The notes beneath the pieces were generated by a model. It saw only the letters and a list, made by a program, of their open reading frames with translations. It did no database searches and was not told where the DNA came from. Both the position numbers and the translations under genes were made by a program. A DNA stretch of 64,000 bases from the human T2T-CHM13v2.0 reference genome, Homo sapiens: the NCBI RefSeq assembly GCF_009914755.1, contig NC_060926.1, one strand, 5' to 3'. Shown here in pieces: positions 12,960 through 33,676 of the stretch. Positions within the stretch are counted from its first letter, which is position 1. Each line of letters opens with the position of its first letter.

Positions 12960-14600
12960 AATGAGCAAGTTCGAAGCTGAAGCAAATACTTAGAGCATTT
13001 AAGGAAAGGGAAGCCAGAATGGTTTTAGTTGACAATGAAACTGCCTTTGCAAAAATTATAGCTGAGGAAATTATGACACTGAGAGAGATCATCCCTAACT
13101 GACTCCATCTTGCTTCTAAACTTTAAGCTGTCCTTGTTCATTACTGGATGTAGGCCAAACTAACCTTAGGAAAGAATTCAGTTTATGGTTTGACTCTGAA
13201 ACAAAATTGATAATAGCTGTTTCCCAAAAAGACCCCCTTCTTGCCTGGAGACCAGTCTGCCTTTGTAGAACTATCAAATTAGCTACAAGATTAGAAATTC
13301 CAGTTAGGGATCAAGCAGCCCGACAAGTGTCTGAACCTCCCCAAATTGTTCCTGGGGATAATATCATTATTGTAAAACTTAAGATCAGTGCTTGAGACAT
13401 TGTGCAGACCCTGCACTTGATGGATCACCTGACACCACCCAGATGGGTAATCTGGCTCAACTAGTTCTGTGATCACACCCAGGAAAAGAAGACAGCAAGA
13501 AAACCTCACTTCAACCCCAGTATGATTCCATATCCAACCTGACCAACCAGCACTCCCCACTTCCTGAGCCCCTACCCACCAAATTGTCTTTAAAAACTCC
13601 AGTCCTCAAATGCTCGAGGAGACTGATTTGAGTGATAATAAAACTCGTCTCCCACACAGCTGCCTCTGCGTGAATTACTCTTTCTCCATTGCAATTCCCC
13701 TGTCTTGATAAATCAACTCTGTCTAGGCAGAGGGCAAGGTGAACCCATTGGGTGGTTACAAGATAGTGAGAAGATTAGCAGGAAAGGAGCTCAGAGAGAG
13801 AACTAGGAATCAGACCAAGGAAGGCCTGGAGATCCTGCCTTTTATTTGAGAGAAAATAGGAGACACTGCAGGATTTTGAGCAGAGGACAGACATTATCAG
13901 ACATATTTTAAATGGACCACTCTTTTGCTTGTGTAGAATAGAGTGTATGGGATAAAGTGTGGACAGAGGAAGACCATCCAGTAGGCTGCTACAATTATAC
14001 AGGGGAGAGCTGACAGTGATTTAAACCAGAGTGGTAGTGGTAGAGGTAGTGTAAAATGTGGTCTGTTTTAGATATAAAGTTGGAAAGATTTTTTGATAGA
14101 CTGAATGTGGGGTGTAGAAAACAAAAAAAGAGGAGTGAAGGAAGACTTCAAAGTTTTTGGCCCGAGAAACTGGGTTAATTGATGGCCATTTTAAGGGACA
14201 TGGGGGAAATAAAAAATTTATCCCGGGAAATTTTGAGACATCAAGTGAAGTCTTTGGAATACAGGAGAGATTTCTGGGTTGGAGATGTGAATTTAGGGTC
14301 ATTAGAATATCAGTGTTATATTAGCTATGAAAGTGATGGAAGTGATAAAAATCATCTGAAAAATGAGTGTCAAGGGTGAAAAAAAAGAAAAGAAGAAAAA
14401 GAGGATTAATGTCCAAGAAACTCCAATATTTAGAGGTTAGATAATGCAGGTATACCTACCAGCAAAGGAGATTCAGAAGGTGTGGCCAGTGAAGTGGGAT
14501 GAGAATCATGAAAAATCTTGTCCTGGAAGTCAAAATACTATTTCAAAAAATCAACATATTTTAAAGAGGAAGGAATGATACCTTGTATCAATTTTGTCAC
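12960..14600 (-). mobile_element. L2 (L2a-like) remnant interrupted by LTR8A
   Basis: Purine-rich antisense L2 motifs (gattttgagcagagg, gaagacttcaaagtttttggcc, ttggagatgtgaatttagg, ccagcaaaggagattcagaagg). Confidence 0.75.
13036..13760 (+). mobile_element. LTR8/LTR8A solo LTR (ERV1)
   Basis: TGAAACTGCCTTTGCAAAAATTAT start and GGGCAAGGTGAACCCATTGGGTGGTTACA end; AATAAA at about 13637. Confidence 0.88.
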
Positions 14601-14675
14601 TGTTGACTATTTTACTTCTACAGGAAAAGCATACAATTAGATGCCTCTTCCTCAATTTCTAAATCTATCTTCTCT

Positions 14676-14681
<6 letters not shown>

Positions 14682-14709
<28 letters not shown>

Positions 14710-14917
14710 GAGAATGAGTCTTGCTGTCGCCCAGGCTGGAGTGCAGTGGCGCGATCTCGGCTCACTGCAGGCTCCGCCCCACGGGGTTCACGCCATTCTC
14801 CTGCCTCAGCCTCGCGAGTAGCTGGGACTACAGGCGCCCGCCACCTCGCCCAGCTAATTTTTTTGTATTTTTAGTAGAGACGGGGTTTCACCGTGTTAGC
14901 CAGGATGGTCTCGATCT
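14682..14917 (-). mobile_element. 5'-truncated AluY (Ye-like variant)
   Basis: CpG-rich; AluY diagnostics (CACGCCATTC, CCGTGTTAGCCAGGATGG) plus GGCTCCGCCCCACGGGG and CCACCTCGCCC variants; TSD CTATCAAATTTTTT. Confidence 0.92.
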
Positions 14918-15220
14918 ATCAAATTTTTTAACAATTTCCTTTTTTACTTTGTTTTCAATTGCAGTACTTAGAATTTCTCCATATAAATAATCTGATTGTG
15001 TCAAATAAATTCTACTTTTAATGTGGATTTTAAAATCTGACATTTTATGTTTTTATTCTCCTGAGTTACTTTTCATTTGATGCCTTTAGTTATGCTTTTA
15101 AAGCAGTTACTTTATGTATTATATTTATATCTTAATTTAATGAAATTCTTCCCAATATTTTACAACTGAAAGAAGCAAAAAGCTGGAAATGATCAAGACA
15201 ATTCTACCTCTTTATAGGAA

Positions 15221-15362
15221 TGTGGTAAATAGAATAATGCCCCCCGATCCTAAATTCCTAAATTAGGACATGCCCCCCATGTCCTAATTCCCTATACATG
15301 TAAACATGATACCTTAGGTAGAAATGGGGACTTTTGCTGGTGTGATGAAATTAAAGATCTTT
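15221..15362 (+). mobile_element. MLT1D-like LTR 5' fragment (MaLR)
   Basis: TGTGGTAAATAGAATAATG...GGGACTTTTGCTGGTGTGATGAAATTAAAGATCTT resembles the MLT1D start. Confidence 0.65.
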
Positions 15363-15589
15363 ATTTATCTGCAGATAATGACATTTTTAATATCTTAATT
15401 TTTGTCTTTTATGTCTTTGAGTCTGACTGTAGTACTCTTACTCTATAATAATTTCCAATTAAGATCTTATACCATGTCTAAATAAATATGGTAGTATGTG
15501 AGGAAAAACTATTTCAAATTTAGAACCATTCCTTGAGTATCAAGATAATCAAAACTATGTCCTGGCTTAAAAGCAATAAACATTTGAAA

Positions 15590-21709
<6,120 letters not shown>

Positions 21710-22670
21710 AAAAATGGGCAAAAGATCTGAACAAATACCTAACCAAAGAAGATATACAGATATTGAGCGAGCATATGAAAAGATGCTTAACATCATAAGT
21801 CATTAGGAATTTGCAAATTAAGACAATGATGAGATACGCTAAGCACCTATTAGAACGACAAGGCCAAAATCCAAAACACAAACAACAGCGAAAGCCGAAG
21901 GGAATGTAGAGCAGCAGGAACTCTCATTCATTGCTGGTGGTAATGCAAAATTGATACAGCCACTTGGGAAAACAGTTTGGCAGTTTGTTAGAAAACTAAA
22001 TATATTCTTACTTTATAATCCAGCCATTGTGCTTCTTGGTATTTACTCAAATGAATTGAAAACCTATGTCTATATAAAAACACAATATTTATAGCAGCTT
22101 TATTCATAATTGCCAAATCTTGGAAGTTACCAAGATGTCCTTCAGGTGAATGAATAGACTGTGGTATATCCAGACGATGGAATATTATTCATAACTAAAA
22201 AGAAATGAGCTACCAATTCATGAGAAGACATGGAGAAGGCTTAAGTGCACGTTAGTAAGTGAAAGAAGCCAAAATGAAATGGCTGTTTCCTGTCCAATTA
22301 TATGACATTTTGAAAAAGGCAAAACCACGGAGACTGAAAATATTAGTGGCTACCAGCAATTAGAAGGAAAGAAGGAATGAACAGATTGAGCACAGAGAAT
22401 TTATAAGGCTGTGAAACTATTCTATATAATATTACAATAGTGGATGTGTGTCATTACATATTTGTCAAAACCCATAGATTGTACAATAGCAAAAGTAAAT
22501 GCTAAGGTAAATTATGGTGATAATGATGTGTCAATGTAAGTTCATCAATTGTGACAAATGTAGTACTATTGTGATGTGAGATGTTAATAGCAGGGAAGGT
22601 TGTGGCATGTGTAGGGACAAGAGTTATATGGGAACTCTCTGTACTTTTCCAATCAATTTTGCTGAGCCAG
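21710..22670 (+). mobile_element. Old L1MC1/2-like element, right half with 3'UTR
   Basis: ORF2 end followed by an L1MC-type 3'UTR (gtcaaaacccatag..tgtacaa; atgggaactctctgtactt). Confidence 0.85.
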
Positions 22671-22674
22671 AACT

Positions 22675-23005
22675 TGGTGTGCTAGAATTGGTACACTGAG
22701 TAAGTTTAGGATTGAATAATTTTGGTAGGCTCTGGGTTATAAGGGTGATCCTTAGTTGTTCAATACCTGGCCCTAGGATGATTTAGGGCAGGGGAATATT
22801 GACTTGGTATATGAAAGTTTCATAAAGGAGATAGTTGAAGATATAGGCTCTGGAGTGCTTTGCATGTATAACAAAGGCACACTTGCAAGGGAGTCTTTGC
22901 TACCTGTAGAAATTAGCTAGCCCTGGGAGGTGCAGCCTTTGCAGGATAAACACCCCAATTGCTAGAACATCAAGAATAAAGACAGTAAGAAAATACATTC
23001 ATCAC
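22675..23005 (-). mobile_element. ERVL LTR fragment (LTR40-like)
   Basis: aattagctagccctgggagg and cctggccctaggatgatttagggcagg motifs resemble antisense LTR40. Confidence 0.55.
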
Positions 23006-24600
23006 AATTTCCATTTACTTAAGTCTTATTTATTTCCTTCACTGAGGTCATATATGTTAGGTACAGAGTTTATACATGTCTTTCATTAAATTCTTATGTA
23101 TTTTATGTTTGTTAAAATCTTATAATAGGTATTTTTAAATTACATTTCCAATTATCTGTATTTTGACTGTGTATCTTGTCATATTTCTAAATTAACATGT
23201 CTTAATTGTAGATTGCTTTGTATTTTCTACATATACAATTATATCATCTGTAAATAATGAGAGATTGATTTTTTCCTTTCCAACTGCATTTTATTTCATT
23301 TACTATACTGTTTTACTAGCAGTATTTTCAATAGTGGTGGCAAACGTGGAGATTTTTGCCTTGTCCTTCTTAAGGAGAAAGACAATTATTTTACCAAAAA
23401 ACATGATATAGATGGCAGATATTTATTCCTAATCTTTGCTAGATTGATAAATTTTTCTTCTAATCTCAGTTTTCTGCATTTTTAAAAATAAATGAGTATT
23501 GAATTTTATCAATTAATTTTTCTAAAGTCATTGAAATGATTGTATGATTGTTTTCTCCTTTATTCTCTTTAGGTGCAGAATTAGAGTAATTCATGATTGT
23601 TAAAACGCATTTTTGTGATAAACCTCATTTGGTTATGTTACATTACCGTCTTTTATATAATGCTAGATTTCATTTTCTCATGTTTTCTTCTTATTGTTAC
23701 CTCTACATTCTTTAAGGATATTGATCTGAAGCCTTTCGTTTTCATCCTTGTATAATATTCTTTTTTAAAAAATATCAGTCTCTGAAAGATATATGCCTTC
23801 TTTTCACTCCTAATTCCTCTTTTGCTTTCCTTAATCTGACCCACTAAAGGATTATCTGCTGTTTGCTTTTGCAAGAAGTAGTTGTTTATTTCTGTTTTCT
23901 ACTCTTGAATATCTGCTGAAATTTTCTCTATGATCACATTTTCCAGGTACTATTTCTCCTTGCTGCTTTTAAAGCATGTCACCATGCACTCTATTTTATT
24001 TGAAATTAATATTACCCTAGCTACTTCAGATTCAGCCTCTGACATTTTATTTATTCTGAACGTGATATATTTGAATATGTTCAAAGTACATTTTCCTTAG
24101 AACTTTGAAGACGTGCTGCCATACTCCACCAGATTCCAATCCTGATGGTGATATATGTGGTAACAGCTTTATTCTAAATGACTCTGTGGTCAATCTGTTA
24201 CAATTTTGTAAAGTTTTACTTCCAGATGCTTTTACAACTTTCTCCTTAATTTTCAAACATTTTAACCTGTTTTGCTACTGGTCTTTTCCATTTTGCCCAT
24301 TAAGTCTTTGATGTCAATTTAAAGAAAAGTATATTTCTTCTACTCTGAGAAAGTTTCTTTTAGTATGTATTTTGTTTCATTCTCTCCACATTCTGTATTT
24401 TCACATCTTAGGGACCTGGTTTTCCCTCAATGCCTCATTTTTGTTGTTTTTATATATTCTTTTCACACTTTTGAATAACATTCCTGAAAATTTTTTCACT
24501 TGGTTCATTATTTCATCTCCATACATTACTCTTAAGTTCTGTCTATTTAGGTATTCATACTATTTACTGATTTTTTTTCTTTACATTGGTCATGTCTGTA
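23006..24600 (-). mobile_element. Highly degraded L1M fragment
   Basis: T-rich antisense ORF2-like motifs (tatacaattatatcatctgtaaataatgag; gagtattgaattttatca). Confidence 0.6.
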
Positions 24601-24604
24601 CCAA

Positions 24605-24935
24605 CAGCGATCCCCAACCTTTTTGGCACCAGGGATGGACCAGTTTCATGGAAGACAATTTTTTTCACATACAAGGGCTAGGGAGTTTGTTTCAGGCTGA
24701 AACTGTTCCACCTCAGATCATCAGGCATTAGATTATCATGAGGAGGAGGCAACCTAGATCCCTCACATGCACAGTTCACAACAGGGTTTGCACTCCTATG
24801 AGAATCTAATGCTGCTGCTGATCTGACAGGAAGTGGAGCACAGGCAGTAACGCTCACTCGCCATCCTCACCTCCTGCTGTGTGGCTCGGTTCCAGGGACT
24901 GGTACCGGTCCGTGGCCTGGGTGTTAAGGATCCCT
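24605..24935 (+). mobile_element. MER1B DNA transposon (hAT-Charlie)
   Basis: CAGCGATCCCCAACCTTTTTGGCACCAGGGA...GAAACTGTTCCACCTCAGATCATCAGGCATTAGATT; 8-bp TSD-like TGTACCAA/TATACCAA. Confidence 0.9.
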
Positions 24936-26039
24936 ATACCAAAATACCAAATCTGTTTTGTTTAAAGGTTACACTTGTATATTATCTTTTTAAAGATGTT
25001 AACATTTTACTCTGATTGGATCATTATACAACATAGATACGTATATGTAAGATTCATTCTGTTTGCTCCTTCAACATATATTCTTCTATATGTTGAGTGT
25101 ATTGCTTCCTCTTTGATATCAGTTTCATTCACGTTTGTTGCGTCCTAATTCTTCACTCATCGTGTTGTTTGAAATTCTCTATTTATTCAACAGTGGATAC
25201 TGATTCAGTTTTCTTTGACCACCATCTGATGATTCGAGATTGAAGTGAAGGGAATAAGCTGATAGACAAGGTTTGTCTACTGTTGCTTTCTGTGCATAAA
25301 AACTCCCAATTCTTCCTGGATTTCATCATCTACCTTGGTGATTTACTCAATCTCTCAGCCCAATTATTATCCTCAGTTCTCCTGCCACTGTTTCACATAT
25401 ATGCAAACAGGTGGGGGCAATACATTTAGCTATCCCAAGGTGGTCCCCTGACATTAAGCGATAGCTGTGCTTTGACTTCCCTCCCCCTCCATATGTATGT
25501 AACATCTTACCCTGGAGATTTCCCACACAGTTCCCACCTCTAAGAGTGCTACACATGTATTCCGTATAACTTCCTCAATGTCAGATCCATTGATGGTATT
25601 GAGTATTGCTTTCCATGTGGTTATAGACTTATTCTTTATAAAAATTTCTTCTGTTTTGAAGTACGTGTTGTAGCAGGTAGAAAGACAGGCACTTCTACCC
25701 AGTGTGTCACCTCAATATTTTTGTGTTTTAAAAAATCCACTGGAAAATAATATAAGAAATGCAGGACTGCTATGTAAGTTTAGTTTCTTTAAAAAAAGTA
25801 TCCATATCTATCAAAGGGAGAAAGCTCTATCATATGACATGCCACACATAAACCTTCTGTCCTTGTGATGTGGAAAATCAAGGATATTGAAATGAGATAA
25901 GCTTTAGTTTGAAGTCCCAGCCTGCTTAGATATCAGTTAAAATTGGTCTAATAGCAATCCTAGGTGTTGTTTTGAGTATTAAAGTGCGTAACATAAAAGA
26001 CAGAGTTCAGCAAATATTCTATTCCATATTAGAAAAAGA

Positions 26040-26335
26040 AAGGACGGTAAAAAGTTAGTCAACTGGTACAAAGTTACAATTAGATAGAAGGAATACATTA
26101 TGGTGTTCAATTGCACAGTAGGGTGACTATGGTTAACATTAAAATATTGTGTATTACAAAATAGCTAGAAGAGAAGCTTTTGGAAGTTCTCACCCCAAAG
26201 AAATGATAAATGCATGAGGTGATGGATACACTAACTACCCTCATTGGATTGTTACACAACAAAAATATGTATCAAAACATCAAATTGTATTCCATAAATA
26301 TGTACAATTATAATATGTCAATTTAAAAAATAAAT
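26040..26335 (+). mobile_element. L1MA (5-8) 3' end fragment
   Basis: gtacaaagttacaattagatag...aaagaaatgataaatgcatgaggtgatggata...atgtcaatttaaaaaataaa. Confidence 0.8.
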
Positions 26336-26647
26336 ATATATTCATATCTGTTATTGCTTGTTATCAGTGTGACACTGATATGAAGAAGACTTTCATTTAA
26401 ACTTGCTCTTGCTAGCAGTTTAAGTAAGAAAAAGGAACCCAGTTGATTTTGTAAAAGAAAAAAACTCTGGAAACATTTTATATCTAAGAGCTTCCTCTTG
26501 GTATTATTTATATTTCAACAAATATAAATCCATGGGAATAATGCGACTAGGTTTTTAATGTGCTTTTATTTATTTTTTTGTCTCTATACAATGTGCTTGC
26601 TTCTGGTGTTATTTGGGATTGCTCAAAACTACATAAAACCCCTAAAT

Positions 26648-27710
<1,063 letters not shown>

Positions 27711-28427
27711 TCTATCATCAAATTGCTCTTTAAACTTAATTATCATACTTAAATCAATATTTCCTTTACAATTGTATCAACTCAGAGACATTGAGTGGTG
27801 ATTTATGAAAGACTATGTGTTTGTGCATTTATAGAATTCACAGATATGAATATAAATCAAGATAACTTGGATGGACACAAAACCAAGCTGAAAAAAAATC
27901 CTGTTATTTTGTTTCACTTCCTAAACATAAACTACAGCTAAAACTATTCAAGTTTGTGTCATTACAAGAGAAATAACTTCCATTGATAAGAAGCTGCTTC
28001 CATTGATTTGAAAATGCTTCTCATAAGCTACATTAGGTTAGCTTTGAGCTTCAGAGATTTTTAAAAAACAAATAGCCCCTAAAATCAGTTAAGATCCATA
28101 AGCTCAGTTATATTTATATATATTTTTTATCATCTGAAATGTTAATTGAAGCATATGGACTTGGTTTTTAATTTCTAGCTTTAGGAAACTATTTACACTA
28201 CTTAGTGAACAGAAAATCAAAAAGGAGTATGGCTGTATCTATCCAACTTCATTATCAGTAGTGGAAAAACTGTAACCACATTTCCTATGCAGAAAGCCAA
28301 GAATGGTGTAGTTCTGGTTAAAAACATATGATCCATTGCACTGAATATGAACTCACAATAATTCAAGTTCATTATCTTTATCTCCTGAATTCCATGAAAC
28401 ATAATCACAGTCCCCAGCAATACTACT

Positions 28428-28846
28428 TGTCTTAGTCTGTTTTCTGTTGCTTATAACAGAATACCTGAAACTGGATAATTTATATAGAAAAGGAATTTAT
28501 GGAGGCTGAGAAGTCCAAGATCTAGTGACCACATTTGGTGAGAGTCTTTTTGCTGGTAGGGACTCTCTGCAGACTCCTGAGGCAGCACAGGGCATCACAT
28601 GACAAGGGGGCTGAGCATGTTAGCATGCTAGCTCAGGTCTCTCTTCCTCTTCCTAGAAAGCAACAAATTCCCTTGTTGTAATAATCCATTGATCCATTAA
28701 TACATTGGTCTATGAGTGGATTAATCCACTCTTAAGGACAGAGACCTCATGTTGTAAATACCTCTTAAAGCCCCCACCTCTCAATATGGCCACATTTAAG
28801 ATAAAATTTCAACATGAGTTTTGGAGGGGACGGTCAAACCACAGCA
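28428..28846 (-). mobile_element. MSTC/MSTB-like solo LTR (MaLR)
   Basis: TGTCTTAGTCTGTTTTCTGTTGCTTATAACAGAATACC...TTTCAACATGAGTTTTGGAGG...CAAACCACAGCA. Confidence 0.85.
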
Positions 28847-28868
28847 CTGTTTAAAGTTGTTTCTTTCT

Positions 28869-29769
28869 GGACTAATACCCAGAATCTACAAGAAACTCAA
28901 ACAAATGAGCAAGAAAAATACAATCCCATCAAATAGTGGGCTAAGGGCATTAATAGAAAATTCTCAAAAGAAGATATACAAACAGCCAACAAACATATGA
29001 AAAAATCCTCAACGTCACTAATGATCAGGGAAATGCAAATCAAAACCACAATGAGATACCAACTTACCCCTCTAAGAATGGCCATAATCAAAAAAATAAT
29101 AGACGTTGGTGTGGATGTGGTGAAAAGGGAACACTTCTACACTGCTGGTGGGAATGTAAACCAGTACAACCATCACGGAAAAATTATGGAGATTACTTAA
29201 AGAACTAAAAGTAGATCTACTATTTGATCCAGCAATCCCACTACCGGGTATCTATCCAGAGGAAAAGAGGTCATTATACGAAAAAGATACTTGCACATGC
29301 ATGTTTACAGGAGCACAATTCGCAATTGCAAAAATGTGGAACCAGCCCAAATGTCCATCAATCAACAAGTGGATAAAGAAACTGTGATATATGTATACCC
29401 CATATATATACCACGGAATACTACTCAGTCATAAACATGAATGAATTAATGGCATTTGCAGAAACCTGGATGGGTTTGGAGACTATTATGCTGAGTGAAA
29501 TAACTCAGGAATGGAAAACCAAACATCATAGGTTCTCACTCATAAGTGGGAGCTAAGCTATGAGGATTCAAAGGCATAAGAATGATACAATGGACTGGGG
29601 ACTCAGGGGGAAAAGGTGGGATGGGGTTGAGGGATAAAAGACTATAAATTAGGTTCAGTGTATACTGCTCAGGTGCTGGGTGAACCAAAGCCTCAAAATC
29701 ACCACTAAAGAACTTCCATAACAAAATACCACCTGTTCCCCAAAAACTTATGAAAATAAAAAATAAAAT
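28869..29769 (+). mobile_element. 5'-truncated L1PB1-like
   Basis: ORF2 end plus L1PB 3'UTR; 16-bp TSD AAAGTTGTT(T/C)CTTTCT at 28853-28868 and 29770-29785. Confidence 0.92.
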
Positions 29770-29961
29770 AAAGTTGTTCCTTTCTTTCCCTTTTGTATCC
29801 ACTAAGCTTCTTGAGCTTTTCTCCTCAAACCCTACCCACATCCCTGGAAACATCTTCACTATATATGTTTTATGTGTTACTGAAAGAAGTCAGGAAGGTA
29901 AAATCAGATTCATTTTAATGAATGAATAAAATAAAAATACATTAACATGGCTATAATGAAG

Positions 29962-30502
29962 TGACAGGGTTCAGGACTCACTACCTCAAAGTATGGCACC
30001 TTGGCATTTGAGGAAGCAGCAGAAGCAGAAACGTCACTCTCACCTTACCCTGCCCTTCTCTCCTGAAGCAAGCCATAAAAGAATTCTCTGAACTTCCTCT
30101 AAAGCAGGCCGTAAAGCCTTTACTTCAGAGTTCTTCTTCCTTTCCCCAAAGGAAATAAAATATCCTTATCATCAAAGACACAGAGAAGCTGAGAAGAACC
30201 TGAGCAAACATGCCTTGCTAAGTTCCCCCTCTGCCTAGTTTATTACCATTAGATCACACCCTTTGTCCTCTAATCATTTTTCTCCACAACTATCCATTCA
30301 TCAAATTCAGCATAATATACACAGGTTTCCCTATTTTGGAGGGTCTCCTTTTCTGAAAGCTGCAGTATCATGTAAAATTTACATTAAATACATTTGTAGG
30401 TTTTTCTCTTGTTCATCTATTTTCATTATAGCTGCTTCTGCCATGAACCTTGTGATGAGTAAAGAAAAGGTATTAGTTTTTTTTTTCTTTTTTGGTTCTA
30501 CA
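29962..30502 (+). mobile_element. MER31-like solo LTR (ERV1)
   Basis: TGACAGGGTTCAGGAC...ATGGCACCTTGGCAT...CTACA with a perfect 4-bp TSD GAAG. Confidence 0.8.
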
Positions 30503-30948
30503 GAAGGCAGAAAGAAAAGAACAAATGAATCTTTCAAGGACTTGTTATGACTATAAGATAAACATTTATATTAACATTTTAGTTTCTTTTTATTCACTTC
30601 AGCCAAAAATATGAGTTTAAAACCATCAATAGATATAGATCCTTTTCAAAATCTCTCCATATGGTTGAACATGTAAAAAAATTGTTTTCCCTTTTAGGGG
30701 GCAATCAGATGAAAGAATTGATTAACATAATCTGTAAGTGGAAAAAAAAAGTAGATGTGGGTTATTGGAACAAGTCTATTTAAATATGAATGACCTAATG
30801 GGTTCTTAATTAAATCTGTATGCTAAAACTAAAGATTTTCTACTAATTAGAAAATGAACAGTTAACCCAGTAAAATATATAGAATTTTGAAATATCTTTC
30901 AATGTCTTTCAAAATTTTTATGAAAGTATCAAATTACTAGAGAGAAAA

Positions 30949-30983
<35 letters not shown>

Positions 30984-30990
30984 CATATAT
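30949..30990. repeat. (CATA)n(CA)n microsatellite
   Basis: Read directly from the sequence. Confidence 0.95.
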
Positions 30991-31339
30991 TCGTGTGGGA
31001 GGCATGTCAAAGGCTTGACTTCTTCAATGGTCTCATTAAAAAGGAAAAACCTCTTGATTCTTTTGAGATAGTCTAGATAATTGAGTAAAGATAAGAGTTC
31101 TTATTTGGACAGAAGTCATATCATCTAGGACAAGAATACAATGAATATAAATTCTACAAAACTAAAGTTGAGGTTCTTAATAACAGGATAGCACATGCTG
31201 ATGAAGGAATGGCAGAGGAATCCCCATCAAACTAATATGACTTTGAAAAATACTTTTTATCTGATGTCAACTTTCAATGTGTCTTTATTGCAAAACAAAC
31301 AAACAAGCAAAACAACAACAACAACAAAAACCCTGTAGT

Positions 31340-31820
<481 letters not shown>

Positions 31821-32412
31821 TTAAGAGAGACTTCAGTGAGTTTGAAATTTAGTTCTTTTACTTTTCTTTCCTTCTCATCTAGAATGGAAGGATAATGAAT
31901 GGATCTCAGTAAAAACACTTCATGTATGTCAAATTATTACATTAAGCTTGTAAAAGGTAACACAATGACAACTCTAGAACGATACGTTTCCTGCTCAATA
32001 AATAAATATGGGCTTTGGTGTTTTCACTGCTTTGTATCTTATGTTTCTATTTTTCTTATTTAGTATGTTCTTTGGAACTATGATCTCACTGGAAGCTCAG
32101 GGGTTCTAGAAAATATTCCTGACAAAAGATAAGAATTTATTTTCTGAACTCCAAGCTTTGACCATGACTCAGAATTCCTGGTTCAGATCTATTGACTATG
32201 CTGAACAAAACATTATATAGAGTAGTCTCTAGACTACCTCATTCAAGTAATTCCTACCCTCAGCTTGGTTTAAAAAACACCTAGCAGTTTTTTAAAGAGA
32301 AAGGAAAACAGGAGGACGAAATGCCTGGCGTTCTGTGGACAAGGAACTTATAGATGTGGCACCAATGATCTTTTCCCCTATTTTCACCCCCCAGAAAAGG
32401 GCATTATATAGC

Positions 32413-32464
32413 TTTGGGCAGGTTAATTAACATCAAATTTTGGGCAGGTTAATTAACATCAAAT
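32413..32464. repeat. Perfect 2 x 26-bp tandem duplication
   Basis: TTTGGGCAGGTTAATTAACATCAAAT occurs twice with no mismatches. Confidence 0.97.
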
Positions 32465-33176
32465 CCTGTGTACTGCTTTAGCTGTAAGAATGAACATGGC
32501 TGCAGATATTTGTGATTTTTCTGATACTTCTTGGATTCTGACAGGCTGTTTTAGGGGACCACATATGGGCCTTACTTAGCCTTACTATACTGTGCATAAG
32601 AAGGTTTTACACCACAGTAGCTCCTACTCCTGGAGAGTGTTCGGTCCTCACTCCATTACTTGACATGGCTCCCACTGCAGTCATGCCTACCAGAAGCAGG
32701 CTTTCTGAATGCTCCTACGCCCTGAGGTTGCTACAGCAAAAGTAGGTGCTTGCCTTTTAAACCTCCTTTATTCTTAACAACCAGGCAGAGAAGAACTAAT
32801 GACTCAACCACTTTCTGTAACATGGGAAATCATATTATCCTTCTAGTGTGGCCTCCCTATTTAAAAAATTCCACACTCAATGCCTAACCTTGGATATATT
32901 CAATACTGGGTTTTAACTTCTTTTCCAAGGGCATGTGATCATAGAAATATTCTGCTAAGAATTCTCCACAACTTTAGGGTGCCACTGTTTCCCTTTTCTT
33001 CATACTACTAAGAGGAGATAAGCACAGGAAGAATTTTATGATATGTTCTGTAAAGTACATCTTCAGAACTAAAGCGTTTAGAAGTATACCGAACTCAGGG
33101 CTAACTAGATTTCCTACATTATGCAAAATATTCTCTGAAAATGTTTGCTAGTTTCTTTTTTAAGGGAGGAGGATAT

Positions 33177-33656
33177 TGTCAGTCCTCTGAGCCCAAGCCA
33201 AGCCATCGCAACCCCTGTGACCTGCACATATACGCCCAGATGGCCTGAAGTAACTAAAGAATCACAAAAGAAGTGAATATGCCCTGCCCCACCTTAACTG
33301 ATGACATTCCACCACAAAAGAAGTGTAAATGGCCAGTCCTTGCCTTAACTGATGACATTACCTTGTGAAAGTCCTTTTCCTGGCTCATCCTGGCTCAAAA
33401 AGCTCCCCCACTGAGCACCTTGCGACCCCCACTCCTGCCCACTGAGCAACTTGCAACCCCCACTCCTACCCGCCAGAGAACAAACCCCCTTTGACTGTAA
33501 TTTTCCTTTACCTACCCAAATCCTATAAAACAGCCCCACCCTTATCTCCCTTCACTGACTCTTTTCGGACTCAGCCCACCTGCACGCAGGTGATTAAAAG
33601 CTTTATTGCTCACACAAAGCCTGTTTGGTGGTCTCTTCACACGGACGCGCATAAAA
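33177..33656 (+). promoter_or_regulatory. 5' LTR7 (480 bp), candidate pluripotency promoter/enhancer
   Basis: LTR7 sequence with two ACAAAAGA (SOX-type) sites at 33264 and 33314, GCCCCACC KLF-type boxes, TATAAAA at 33524, ATTAAA poly(A) signal and a duplicated 31-bp unit at 33407-33468. Confidence 0.92.
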
Positions 33657-33658
33657 TT

Positions 33659-33676
33659 TGGTGCCGTGACTCGGAT
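33659..33676 (+). other. Primer-binding site, tRNA-His
   Basis: TGGTGCCGTGACTCGGAT, complementary to the tRNA-His 3' end. Confidence 0.95.
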
